Source: Candidatus Campbellbacteria bacterium GW2011_OD1_34_28
Lineage (GTDB): Bacteria > Patescibacteriota > Minisyncoccia > Phycocordibacterales > UBA12079
DNA: 64,000 nucleotides
Direction: 5' to 3'
Assembly: GCA_001029775.1 (NCBI GenBank)
Contig: CP011215.1
Coordinates: 187,187 to 251,186, forward strand
Made by a program: the position numbers and the translations under genes. Every line of letters starts with the position of its first letter. The first letter of the stretch is position 1. Positions 1 to 9,622 of this stretch are shown one piece after another. The notes under the pieces were generated by a model. That model was given only the letters and a program-made list of their open reading frames with translations. It made no database searches and was not told the DNA's origin.

Positions 1-6
1 TAATTA

Positions 7-38
7 AAAACAATCCGCCAACCGGTGGATTGTTTTTG
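7..38. terminator. Intrinsic terminator-like hairpin downstream of livG
   Basis: AAAAACAATCCGCC-AACC-GGTGGATTGTTTTT inverted repeat with A/T tails. Confidence 0.6.
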
Positions 39-61
39 TGTTCAAATCTTAAATATACACC

Positions 62-799
62 CTATTCTCCCAAATAAGCTTCTATAACATCTTTATTTTT
101 CAAAACCTTTTCTGGTTCACCCTCTGCCAACAACTTTCCGCTCTCCATTACAAAAACATAGTCACACAATTCACGAATCAAACCCATGTCGTGTTCTATC
201 AAAACAACCGTTTTCCCGTGCGTTCTCAATTCTTTGATTATCCCAGAAACCAATTTAACCATCTCTGGAAAAAGTCCGGCAAAAGGCTCATCAAAAAAAT
301 ATATTTCACTATTCATTGCCAAAGCTCGGGCAATTTCTAAAAGTTTTCTTTGTCCATAAGAAAGGTTGATTGCCAATTCATTTTTCTTTTCCCACAGACC
401 CACTCTCTCTAAAACTTCTTTTGCTTTTTCGTGATGAATTTTTTTGTGTCTTTCAAACAAAGCACTGACTATATTTCTTTCGGTTAAAACGACCAAAATA
501 TTATCCAAAACAGTCATTTGTTCAAAAAGACGGACATCTTGAAAAGTCCTCGTTATTCCAAAAGCAGGGATATCGTAGGATCTAATTTTTTTAATTCCAG
601 AAACACCATCAACAGCAACAAATCCTCCGTCAAAAGGAAACATCCCTGTTAACAAATTCATCAAAGTTGTTTTTCCAGACCCGTTTGGGCCAATCAAACC
701 TGTAATTTTTCCTTTTTCAATTTCAACAGACAAACCATCAACAGCTTTTACTCCGTCAAAATGTTTAATTATTTTTTTTGTTTTTAAAATTGAATTCAT
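62..799 (-). CDS. livG: Branched-chain amino acid ABC transporter ATP-binding protein (LivG-like)
   Basis: Walker A GPNGSGKTT, RTFQ motif, LSYGQ signature, FFDEP Walker B, IEHD switch, C-terminal VIEAYLG. Confidence 0.9.
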   Translation of the reverse strand: MNSILKTKKIIKHFDGVKAVDGLSVEIEKGKITGLIGPNGSGKTTLMNLLTGMFPFDGGFVAVDGVSGIKKIRSYDIPAFGITRTFQDVRLFEQMTVLDNILVVLTERNIVSALFERHKKIHHEKAKEVLERVGLWEKKNELAINLSYGQRKLLEIARALAMNSEIYFFDEPFAGLFPEMVKLVSGIIKELRTHGKTVVLIEHDMGLIRELCDYVFVMESGKLLAEGEPEKVLKNKDVIEAYLGE

Positions 800-848
800 A
801 GACGACTTATTTATCTTTATAACTTTACAAACTTTTTACTTTAAACTT

Positions 849-1715
849 TTAAAGATCATATTCTCCCAAAAATCCTTTTGGTCTATAAAGCATCAACAAA
901 ACCAGAATCAAACCATAGACAACCTGTCGCATTTGAGCAGCGATATCAGACGGAAAACCAACAAATCTTAACGCCTCGGGCAACAAGATCAAAAATAGTG
1001 CTCCCAACAAAACACCTCTCATATTTGCCAATCCTCCGATAATAATAATTGTCAAAATAAAAATTGATTCTATTATATAAAAGGAGGACGGATCAATAAA
1101 TGTTATATAAGAAGCAAACAAAGACCCTGCGACAGAAGCCATCCCTGCGCTAATAACGAAAATCGCCAATTTGTAAAACTGTGTATTATATCCAAAAACC
1201 TGAATTGCTTTTTCATCTTCACGAATAGCTTTTAAAACACGGCCAAAAGAAGAATTTATTATAAATTTTGAAATAAAATATATTAAACCAGCAAAAAGTA
1301 TTGCTAAAACAAAATAAGAGATATTTGATGAAAAACTAAAACCAAATAATTCGGGTCTACTTATTCCAGGAATACCTAAAGGACCTTTGGTCAAATCCTG
1401 CCAATTTAAAAAAGCACTGAATACAATTATATTAAATCCCAAAGAAGCCAGTGCATAATAGTCATCTTTAAATTTGCTCAAAACAATCCCTACCAAAAAA
1501 GCCGTAATCATAGTTACAAAAATACCCAAAATAACAGAGCTAAAAAAACCAAACCCTGTTTGAGTTAGCAAAATTGCCGTTGTATAAGCTCCAATACCAT
1601 AAAAAGCTGCGTGAGTAACAGACAACAACCCTGTATATCCAACAAGTAAATTCAAACCAGCGCCAAGAATCACATATATGGCAAACAATATTCCTAAGTG
1701 TATAAAATAATCCAT
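849..1715 (-). CDS. livM: Branched-chain amino acid ABC transporter permease (LivM-like)
   Basis: LNLLVGYTGLLS, HAAFYGIGAY, FGRVLKAIREDE and RPKG motifs. Confidence 0.9.
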   Translation of the reverse strand: MDYFIHLGILFAIYVILGAGLNLLVGYTGLLSVTHAAFYGIGAYTTAILLTQTGFGFFSSVILGIFVTMITAFLVGIVLSKFKDDYYALASLGFNIIVFSAFLNWQDLTKGPLGIPGISRPELFGFSFSSNISYFVLAILFAGLIYFISKFIINSSFGRVLKAIREDEKAIQVFGYNTQFYKLAIFVISAGMASVAGSLFASYITFIDPSSFYIIESIFILTIIIIGGLANMRGVLLGALFLILLPEALRFVGFPSDIAAQMRQVVYGLILVLLMLYRPKGFLGEYDL

Positions 1716-1796
1716 TGTTTTAAAAAATAATTTTTATTCTTTTTTCTTCTGATTCTTTCATAAATCCTAAATCTTACATCTTAAATCTTCTTATTT

Positions 1797-2660
1797 TTAT
1801 TTTTTGAATATCCCTCGTGGGCGGAATAGCAAGAAAAGTATCAACACAACAAAAGCAATCGCGTCTTTCCATTCACCCGACAATTTCCAGATTCCAAAAT
1901 TTTCAACAAATCCTAAAAATAATGCCCCCAACACTCCCCCGTAGACATTTCCGATTCCACCGATTATAGAAGCAATCACTCCTTTCAAAATAAGTTTAAG
2001 ACCCATTGTAGGTTCTATTCCTGTATCAAAACCAATCAATATACCTGCCAAGCCAGCGATCGCCGATCCAATAAAAAACACTCCGGCAATAATTTTGTTT
2101 GTATTGATACCGACTATTTTTGCGACCTCTTCATCATCACCAATAGCTTTCACAGCTTTTCCAAATTTTGTCTTGTTCAGCATCACTGTCAAAGCAATCA
2201 TAATAACAACAGCACAAATAAAAATAACAATTTGTGTTTGAGTAACTATCCCGCCAAAAATATTGTAAACATTTGCAGTAACACTTTGAGAAAGCGTCTT
2301 AAATTGACTCGAAAACAAAATTGCCGTCACTGCTTGCAACACTGTAAAAACACCCAGAGAAGCAATCAACAAAACCATATTAGATGCTTTTTTCTTGCGC
2401 AAATTTTGATAGACAAATCTATTGACCAGCAATCCCACAACACCAGCAGACAAAACCCCTAGAGCAGCAGCCAAGAAAATGTTTAATCCTATTATTTTTG
2501 TAAAATAAAATGTTGCATAGGCACCAATAACAATCATCGCCCCATATCCCAAATCAAAAAATTTTACAACTCCAAAAATAAGATTGAAACCAAGCGCAAT
2601 CAAAGCATAAATAGAGCCGGCTATTAAACTATTTAAAATTAACTGAATAAAAATCTCCAT
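1797..2660 (-). CDS. livH: Branched-chain amino acid ABC transporter permease (LivH-like)
   Basis: QLILNSLIAGSIYALIALGFNLIFG and IIGGIGN motifs; start moved to the ATG at 2660. Confidence 0.9.
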   Translation of the reverse strand: MEIFIQLILNSLIAGSIYALIALGFNLIFGVVKFFDLGYGAMIVIGAYATFYFTKIIGLNIFLAAALGVLSAGVVGLLVNRFVYQNLRKKKASNMVLLIASLGVFTVLQAVTAILFSSQFKTLSQSVTANVYNIFGGIVTQTQIVIFICAVVIMIALTVMLNKTKFGKAVKAIGDDEEVAKIVGINTNKIIAGVFFIGSAIAGLAGILIGFDTGIEPTMGLKLILKGVIASIIGGIGNVYGGVLGALFLGFVENFGIWKLSGEWKDAIAFVVLILFLLFRPRGIFKK

Positions 2661-2695
2661 AATTATGAATATAAGTATAACAAATATAGATAAAC

Positions 2696-2730
2696 AAACA
2701 AAAATCACCCGTACGGGTGATTTTTTGTTT
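2696..2730. terminator. Bidirectional terminator hairpin, near-identical to 4826-4861
   Basis: AAACAAAAATCACCCGTACGGGTGATTTTTTGTTT. Confidence 0.75.
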
Positions 2731-3464
2731 TATCTCTCTGACGAACTTCTCCACATAACATCAAAAATACTTTTTAAAGAATCAAAAATATTTTTACTTT
2801 CTATAATAAGGCCTATCTCTTCTGTATAAGAAATAATATTTATTTTATTAGCCCCATAAAGAATTATTTCTACTTTAACATTGAAACCCTCATCGTCTAC
2901 AAACCTTGTTTCCTTCAAATATTTGGCGTCTTCTTTTGAAAGCTCTATATTAAATTTTGTTTTAGGTGCCAGTGCTTTTATCCAAATTTTATTCTTTACT
3001 CTTGCTGGCATATAGACTTCGGTAAAAAAATCCTTTCCCAGCCAGTAAACCTGATCTGGAAACCACCCCGCAAGCTCTGTTTTGGGGTATTTTAATGTTT
3101 CTTTAAAAACCTCTTTGATCCCCTCTTTTCCTTCAAAAAATCTTATTTTGGGTTTTTTATCAATCAAATTACTAAAAGACAACAATTCGGGCATTATTTT
3201 TTTTATTGTTTCTCTTCTTTCTTCCTCTTTTTCCTGAATTTTTCTTGGATCTTCTGCAAAAAACAATGTCTTATTTTTCCTTTTAATTGAACTTGCCAAT
3301 CCCTTTTCTTTCAAAGAATTAATTGAAAGATATACTGTCGTTCGCTTGACTTTTGACTTCTCAGAAATACGAGCAATTGTTGATTCGCTCAATTCCAACA
3401 ATGCCAAATATACCTTTGATTCATTCTCGGTTAAACCTATTTTCTTTAAATCATCATTAATCAT
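2730..3464 (-). CDS. TrmB-family transcriptional regulator (module 1)
   Basis: GLTENESKVYLALLEL wHTH, RTTVY, PKIRFFEGKEG linker; probable start ATG at 3464. Confidence 0.85.
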   Translation of the reverse strand: MINDDLKKIGLTENESKVYLALLELSESTIARISEKSKVKRTTVYLSINSLKEKGLASSIKRKNKTLFFAEDPRKIQEKEEERRETIKKIMPELLSFSNLIDKKPKIRFFEGKEGIKEVFKETLKYPKTELAGWFPDQVYWLGKDFFTEVYMPARVKNKIWIKALAPKTKFNIELSKEDAKYLKETRFVDDEGFNVKVEIILYGANKINIISYTEEIGLIIESKNIFDSLKSIFDVMWRSSSER

Positions 3465-3663
3465 ATAAATTTTGTTAGCATTTGTGTCAACAAATATATA
3501 GTAACAAAACCACAAAAAAAGTCAATATTAAAGCCATTTTAAATTGTTAGAAAGTAAAAATAATAAAAAAATTGACACAATTTATACCATACTTGACACC
3601 GTATGCTAAACTATTGTCAAGTTAATAACTTAAATTAGTAGTTAATAAATAAATACAAATTTT

Positions 3664-4818
3664 ATGAGTAACAAAATTAAATGGGTAATCGGAATAATTG
3701 TCTTAATTGCGATAGTTTGGTTTGGATATCTAAACAAGACAAACAATTCTGACACATCAAACGAAACAATTAAAATCGGCTATATCGGCCCTATGACAGG
3801 AGGAGTTGCAATATTAGGGACAGAAGCTCTTGGTTCAATAGAAGTTGCTGTTGAAAAAGCAAACGCAAATGGTGGTATAGACGGAAAAATGATAGAAATT
3901 ATTGCAGAAGATGATCAATACGACACAGCAAAATCTGTAACAGCATACGAAAAACTAACAAAGACAGACAAAGTTGAAACAATAATAATGTCTACTTATG
4001 GAGGAGTTATGGCAGTTGCAGAAAAAGCAAAAAAAGACAATGTTCTTATAATTGACTCTCTTGACTGTGACGAAGATATTGCAAATTTGAACGACAATAT
4101 ATTCTGTATAGCAAAGGAAACAAAAGACTTAGCAGATGTAATTGCTGACGAAGCAATAAAGAAAGGTTATAAAAACATTGCAATAGTTCACGCAACCAAC
4201 GACAATTTTATGCAAAGTGTCGCAGATGCATTTGTAAGCAGAGTAGGAAATAAAGCTGTTTTTCAAGTAGAAAGTTACACACCTCAAACAACAGACTTTA
4301 AAACACCTTTGTTAAAGATTAAAGATAAAAATGTTGATGCAGTTGTTTTCCTTGGATACGACGAAATAGGAATTGCAATAAAACAAGCAAAAGAATTAGG
4401 ATTGGACAAACCTTACCTTACAATTCCTTCTGTTGCGACAACACCTTCAATTCAAGACGCATCTAAAGGAGCAATTGATGGAATTTACTTTTCATTCTAT
4501 GCACCATTAGAAACAAATCCTGTTGCAACAAAGTTTTATCAAGATTTTGAAGCAAAATTTGGTCACACACCATACGTATTCGTTGCAAGTGATCAGGCTT
4601 ATGACACTGCTCAAATACTGATCAATGAAGTGTTACCAAAAGTTACAGGAAAAACACAAGAAAAGAGAATCGCTCAAAAGATTGATTTACTACAAGATGT
4701 AAAAAATTACAAAGGAGTAACAGGCAATCTAACAATGAAAGATGATGGAAGAATAAACGGAATTTTGATTAGATTGTTCCAACTTGAAAACATGACTCCA
4801 GTCTATGTAGGAAATTAA
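3664..4818 (+). CDS. ABC substrate-binding protein, Leu/Ile/Val-binding family (module 1)
   Basis: N-terminal membrane anchor, IKIGYIGPMTG, NANGGIDGK, EDDQYD, AYD motif. Confidence 0.85.
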   Translation: MSNKIKWVIGIIVLIAIVWFGYLNKTNNSDTSNETIKIGYIGPMTGGVAILGTEALGSIEVAVEKANANGGIDGKMIEIIAEDDQYDTAKSVTAYEKLTKTDKVETIIMSTYGGVMAVAEKAKKDNVLIIDSLDCDEDIANLNDNIFCIAKETKDLADVIADEAIKKGYKNIAIVHATNDNFMQSVADAFVSRVGNKAVFQVESYTPQTTDFKTPLLKIKDKNVDAVVFLGYDEIGIAIKQAKELGLDKPYLTIPSVATTPSIQDASKGAIDGIYFSFYAPLETNPVATKFYQDFEAKFGHTPYVFVASDQAYDTAQILINEVLPKVTGKTQEKRIAQKIDLLQDVKNYKGVTGNLTMKDDGRINGILIRLFQLENMTPVYVGN

Positions 4819-4825
4819 AAACACA

Positions 4826-4861
4826 AAACAAAAAATCACCCGTAATGGTGATTTTTTGTTT
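4826..4861. terminator. Bidirectional terminator hairpin between convergent SBP genes
   Basis: AAACAAAAAATCACCCGTAATGGTGATTTTTTGTTT. Confidence 0.7.
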
Positions 4862-4914
4862 AACATAAACTTTACGAACTTTATAAACTTTTAACTTTAC
4901 AAACTCTGTTCGTT

Positions 4915-6036
4915 CTATTTCAACACCTCTGCTTTTCCTCCTTTAATGATCATTACATTCGCCTGTGTTGTCTTTAGATCCCCTACCTCATCAAATTCAA
5001 TTGTTGGTGTAGAAATGCCTGGTATACTCAATTTAGACAAAGCAGTTTTAATATCTTCTTTGTTTGTTCCTGCTATTTTCATAGCACCTTCAAAAGCCTT
5101 AATCGTGTCGTATCCAATAGGAGCAACATTGTTTACTTCCATGTTTTCTTTTCCTGGCAAAGTTTTGATTTTTTGAACAAAATCTTCTGGTTTATCAAAC
5201 TTTCCCACTGTATACATCATACCTTCTGCTCCGGCACTACTCACAACCTCTTCTCCTGCAAGAGCATCAGCTCCAAGGACAGGAATACCCAAAGCCAAAT
5301 CTTTCATTTGTTTCAATCCTGCCACTGCATTTCCTGGATAACCCAAGAAATATAGGATTTCCGCTTCTGATGCTTTTACCTTACCAATTTGCGTTCTCAA
5401 ATCATTTGTATCTTGTGAAATACCTTCATTGTAAACGATTTGTCCTCCCAATTCTTCAAATCTTTTAATAAAAGATCCATCCAATCCTTGTCCCCAATCA
5501 TTCTTTACATAAATAATTGCTACTTTCTTTTTTCCTAGATCATTAAATACATAGTCTGCACCAAACTTTCCTTGGAAAGAATCTGATGGATATGTTCTAA
5601 AAATATAATCTCCGATGGCTGTTAAATCTGGAGCAGAAGCCAAGATTATAGAAGGAATCCCTTTTTCTTGTACTATCGGCAAAACTGGTCCACCAACAGA
5701 AGAACACACTGGTCCCGCAATAACATCTACTTTATCGATGTTAATTAGTTTGTTTATTGCGCTCACTCCTGCTGTTGAATCACATTGATCATCTTCAATG
5801 ACAAATTCAATCATACGACCATCAACACCCCCAGCGTCATTTATTTCTTTCTTTGCCAATTCAGCACCAGCCAAGAAATTTTCTCCCCAGCTAGCAGCTT
5901 CTCCAGAAAGAGGAGCCAAGATACCCACCTTTATTGGTCCGTCGTTCTCGTTTCCTTTGTTAAAAGAAGAATATCCAAACCAAATCACCGCAACCAAGAT
6001 AATTATTCCAACTATCCATTTCATTGTATTGTCCAT
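4915..6036 (-). CDS. ABC substrate-binding protein, Leu/Ile/Val-binding family (module 2)
   Basis: IKVGILAPLSG, INDAGGVDGR, EDDQCD, GPVCSS, YIFRTYPSD. Confidence 0.88.
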   Translation of the reverse strand: MDNTMKWIVGIIILVAVIWFGYSSFNKGNENDGPIKVGILAPLSGEAASWGENFLAGAELAKKEINDAGGVDGRMIEFVIEDDQCDSTAGVSAINKLINIDKVDVIAGPVCSSVGGPVLPIVQEKGIPSIILASAPDLTAIGDYIFRTYPSDSFQGKFGADYVFNDLGKKKVAIIYVKNDWGQGLDGSFIKRFEELGGQIVYNEGISQDTNDLRTQIGKVKASEAEILYFLGYPGNAVAGLKQMKDLALGIPVLGADALAGEEVVSSAGAEGMMYTVGKFDKPEDFVQKIKTLPGKENMEVNNVAPIGYDTIKAFEGAMKIAGTNKEDIKTALSKLSIPGISTPTIEFDEVGDLKTTQANVMIIKGGKAEVLK

Positions 6037-6322
6037 ATTTTAAATTTTTTAAATAATAAAACTAATAATTTTCCTTAATAATAACAAGGTTTTTTGTTTT
6101 TACAAAAATACCCGTTGTTGTTATTCAAATTTTTAAATTTGAACGAAATGAAAAATCTGATTATTTTTCATTTATATTTATAATCTATCAAATAAAAATC
6201 ATAGTGTCATAATACAAAACATTGACAAACTATGTCGGGGTGTGTTGATTAAAATAATCAAAAATTGACAAAAAATCCTTATTTTTATATGATTAAAGTG
6301 TCGGTACAATTTCCACAACATT

Positions 6323-7087
6323 ATGTTAAACAAACTTTTTGAACAACTAAATTTTTCGGACAAAGAATCTCTTGTGTATTTGGCATTGTTAGAAATTTCT
6401 TCTGGAAAGGTCCGAGAAATCTCCAAAAAAACAGGTTTAAATAGAACCACAGTTTACGATATTTGCGATGCGTTGCTACAAAAAGGCCTTATTAGTAAAT
6501 ACAAAAAGGGTTCGGGAACTTATTTCAATGCCCTTGATCCAAAAAGTCTCCTTAATTATCTAGAAAGAGAAAAAGAAGAACATATTAAAAATACTGAGAA
6601 ACAAAAAGAAAAAGTATCCGAGCTTCTCCCCCAACTTATTTCTATTCAAAATATTTATAGCCAGACGAAACCTCGTGTTCAGTTTTTTGAAGGAGAAAAA
6701 GGAATTCGCGAGGCATATGAAAACACATTAACCAGTAGTGAAATTATTTTAGCCTTTGGAAATGCCGATACAATGCACAAAGGATTACCAAACTTTTTTC
6801 CGGAATATTACAAAAGAAGAGCAAAAAACAAAATTTTCATCCGCGCTGTCGTACCGAGAAACAAAATGTCTGTAGAAAGATCAAAACACAATCAAGAAGA
6901 AATGCGTGATACCCGTTTTTTACCTGAAAAAGAAATGACATTTTCACCTGAAGTAAATATTTATGACAATAAAATGTTAATTGTTTCTTGGGAAGAAAAA
7001 ATGGCAATTTTAATAGAATCAAAAGAGTTAGCTCACCTCCAAAAACTTACATTCAATTTACTTTGGGATACATTACCCAGAAATTAA
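6323..7087 (+). CDS. TrmB-family transcriptional regulator (module 2)
   Basis: FSDKESLVYLALL, LNRTTVY, PRVQFFEGEKG, IYDNK motifs. Confidence 0.85.
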   Translation: MLNKLFEQLNFSDKESLVYLALLEISSGKVREISKKTGLNRTTVYDICDALLQKGLISKYKKGSGTYFNALDPKSLLNYLEREKEEHIKNTEKQKEKVSELLPQLISIQNIYSQTKPRVQFFEGEKGIREAYENTLTSSEIILAFGNADTMHKGLPNFFPEYYKRRAKNKIFIRAVVPRNKMSVERSKHNQEEMRDTRFLPEKEMTFSPEVNIYDNKMLIVSWEEKMAILIESKELAHLQKLTFNLLWDTLPRN

Positions 7088-7180
7088 AATTGTAGGCGGT
7101 CCGACCGCCAAAAAAAGAATCGCTTTTTTTAATCTTTTTAGATTGGTGTATTGGAAATTTTTAAACTAAAATGACAAAAT

Positions 7181-8236
7181 TTATGGTTGTTTTACAAATC
7201 TTCCATCTATGACTTTAAACACATCGTACTGTATTCCCGACCTATCCCCATCTTCATCAAAAATAAATTCACCACTAACACCAGAAAAATTTATATCGGC
7301 TAAACTTTTTTTCTCTTCAACAGACTTTATCAAAGCTATCGCACCATCATAGGCATAAATACTATAAGCAGAAGGTTCTACTCCAAACATATCCTTGTAT
7401 TTTTTATCAAAAACACTAGTATCGGGAGAATTCGCCAAAAAAGTAATGACTCCTTCTGCAAGATCACCGGAATTATTTAAGATTTTATCATCTTTAAAAG
7501 TTTCAGAGGTTATTATATTTGCATCAATATTTAATTCGTGTATTTGTTTCAACAACAAGGGATATTCATTTTCTCTAGCCACTAAAACAATTGTATCTGG
7601 ATTAACACTTTTTATTTTTAAGAGACTTGTCCTAAAATCGCTTGTTCCCGGTTTAAACAACTCACTTTTTAAGCTATTGGTATTATTTTCAATAATCTCT
7701 TTTATCCCAATTCCATAAGTTTCATTCACATACAAACCAACAACCCGTTCTGATTCAAGAACATTATTGATATAATCGACCATCTTTACACCTTGGTATG
7801 AATCAGAAGGAACTGAACGAAAAATGTAATCATTATTTTTTGTAAGATTTGGTGCAGAAGCCAAAGTAATCATTAAAATTTTCTCTTTATTTTTTACAAC
7901 AGGAATAATTGAAGAAGTTGCTCCACTTCCCTGTGCCGAAAGAATATAATTTACCTTATCAATATCTATTAATTTATTTATAACAGAAACCGCTTTTGAG
8001 GATTCCGCCCCATCGTCTTCATAAATTACTTGATATTTTTCTTTTTGAGGATCTTTTTCACTAAAAGCCAGTTCAATGGCATTTTTCATGGGAACACCAT
8101 AACTAGCATAGTCTCCACTAAAGTGACCTGCAACACCTATTTTAATAACACTTTCATCTTTAGTCTGAATCAACAAAAAGGTAGCAAATACGATCAAGAT
8201 CACCATTAATAATATTTTTAGAGATTTATTTAACAT
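7181..8236 (-). CDS. ABC substrate-binding protein, Leu/Ile/Val-binding family (module 3)
   Basis: IKIGVAGHFSGDYASYG, YEDD, YIFRSVPSD, YAYDG. Confidence 0.85.
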   Translation of the reverse strand: MLNKSLKILLMVILIVFATFLLIQTKDESVIKIGVAGHFSGDYASYGVPMKNAIELAFSEKDPQKEKYQVIYEDDGAESSKAVSVINKLIDIDKVNYILSAQGSGATSSIIPVVKNKEKILMITLASAPNLTKNNDYIFRSVPSDSYQGVKMVDYINNVLESERVVGLYVNETYGIGIKEIIENNTNSLKSELFKPGTSDFRTSLLKIKSVNPDTIVLVARENEYPLLLKQIHELNIDANIITSETFKDDKILNNSGDLAEGVITFLANSPDTSVFDKKYKDMFGVEPSAYSIYAYDGAIALIKSVEEKKSLADINFSGVSGEFIFDEDGDRSGIQYDVFKVIDGRFVKQP

Positions 8237-8387
8237 AAAATAATTTTGTTAATATTTATAAAGATATTCAAATAATAAGAAAATACAAGGAATTGTAAAT
8301 ATTTATAAACATTATTTTTTTAAAAATCCTTATTTGTCAACATATTTAAAAGATGTTAAAATAACTGTAAATAATTTTTACAACAAC

Positions 8388-9113
8388 ATGATAAAAGAAA
8401 TTGTAGAAAATTTTGATTTAAGCGAGAAAGAAGCCTTGGTTTATTTGGCGAATCTTAAAAAAGGTAAAAGCAAAGTAAGTGATATTGCGAAGGAATCTGG
8501 CTTAAACAGGATTACAACTTATGAAATATTAAAAAGACTTTCACAAAAAGGGCTAGCAAACGGAATAACTTATAATAAACTTACCTATTTCAAAGTAATA
8601 GACCCTGAATCTTTTCTGATAAAAAAAGAGCGACAGATATCTTTGGCAAAAAAATTTATACCTCAATTAAAAATACTTAAAGATTCCAAAACTAAAAAAC
8701 CAAAAATAGACTTTTTCACAGGAATAGAAGGGATAAAATCGATTTATGAGGACACTCTTAAATCAAAAAATAAAGTTATTTATAATGTTACAAATGTAAC
8801 TAATCTAACAGATATTTTGGATCATGATTTTTTAAATGATTATTTCAAAAAAAGGACAAAAAGAAAGATTAAGGTTCGAGTGCTCATTTCGGAAGAAGGT
8901 GCGAACAAAGAATTGTTAGAGGATAGTAAAAAATTACTAAGAGAATATAAAATATTTGACAGTAAAAAACATAAAATTCCAAATGAATTGATGATATATG
9001 ATGACAAAGTTGCTATTCTTTCGTTTTCTGGACAAATAGGTATTTTAATAGAAGATGAAGAAATAGCAAAATCTATGTATTCAATATGGGAAATAATGTG
9101 GGAAAATTTATAA
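8388..9113 (+). CDS. TrmB-family transcriptional regulator (module 3)
   Basis: LSEKEALVYLA, LNRITTY, PKIDFFTGIEG, IYDDKV; probable start ATG at 8388. Confidence 0.85.
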   Translation: MIKEIVENFDLSEKEALVYLANLKKGKSKVSDIAKESGLNRITTYEILKRLSQKGLANGITYNKLTYFKVIDPESFLIKKERQISLAKKFIPQLKILKDSKTKKPKIDFFTGIEGIKSIYEDTLKSKNKVIYNVTNVTNLTDILDHDFLNDYFKKRTKRKIKVRVLISEEGANKELLEDSKKLLREYKIFDSKKHKIPNELMIYDDKVAILSFSGQIGILIEDEEIAKSMYSIWEIMWENL

Positions 9114-9173
9114 TTTCTCAAAAAAATTTTCCTTTATCAAAACTTCAACACCCTAGAGAACCAAAACTTTTTC

Positions 9174-9227
9174 CACCTCCAAAAACTTACATTCAATTTA
9201 CTTTGGGATACACTGCCCCGAAACTGA
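9174..9227 (+). pseudogene. Displaced 3' end of the module-2 TrmB gene (HLQKLTFNLLWDTLPRN*)
   Basis: 39 bp identical to 7034-7072, followed by synonymous codons encoding the same LPRN-stop. Confidence 0.85.
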
Positions 9228-9286
9228 AATAATGGAAAAATTTAAAAAAACTGCTATAATACAACCTATTAAATAAACACAAATAT

Positions 9287-9359
9287 CGGAGTGTGGTGTA
9301 ACGGCTAACATGCCTGCTTTGGGAGCAGGTGACTCCGGGTTCGAATCCCGGCACTCCGA
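9287..9359 (+). tRNA. tRNA-Pro(TGG)
   Basis: Acceptor stem CGGAGTG/CACTCCG, anticodon arm CCTGC-TTTGGGA-GCAGG, T arm CCGGG-TTCGAAT-CCCGG; CCA not encoded. Confidence 0.95.
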
Positions 9360-9556
9360 CAATAATAAAAAGATCCAATATCAAATTGGGTCTTTTTATT
9401 ATTTATCTAGGTTGTTCGGGATTCGAACGGAACTTTTAAAAAACAAACTGCTTTGTTTTTTAAAAGTCCGTGGCTTTGGAGGAGAAGTGAGTGATGTGAG
9501 GATTTTAATCCGAACCAGCGAACGACGGAGGAAAAGGAATCCCGGCACTCCGACAA
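9360..9556 (+). repeat. tRNA-Pro tail element (hairpin, antisense 3' copy, core, sense 3' copy)
   Basis: Hairpin 9361-9403; CGGGATTCGAAC at 9417-9428 is antisense to the T arm; GAATCCCGGCACTCCGACAA at 9537-9556 repeats 9343-9362. Confidence 0.85.
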
Positions 9557-9622
9557 AAACAAACTGCACAAAAAATTCCTGACATTAATCAGGAATTTTT
9601 TGTTTTGTATAAAAGACACTTT

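Noticed and set aside
9193-9619. ORFs overlapping tRNA-Pro and its tail (likewise 12123-12335 and 24194-24472)
   Set aside because: Open frames arise from tRNA and palindromic repeat sequence
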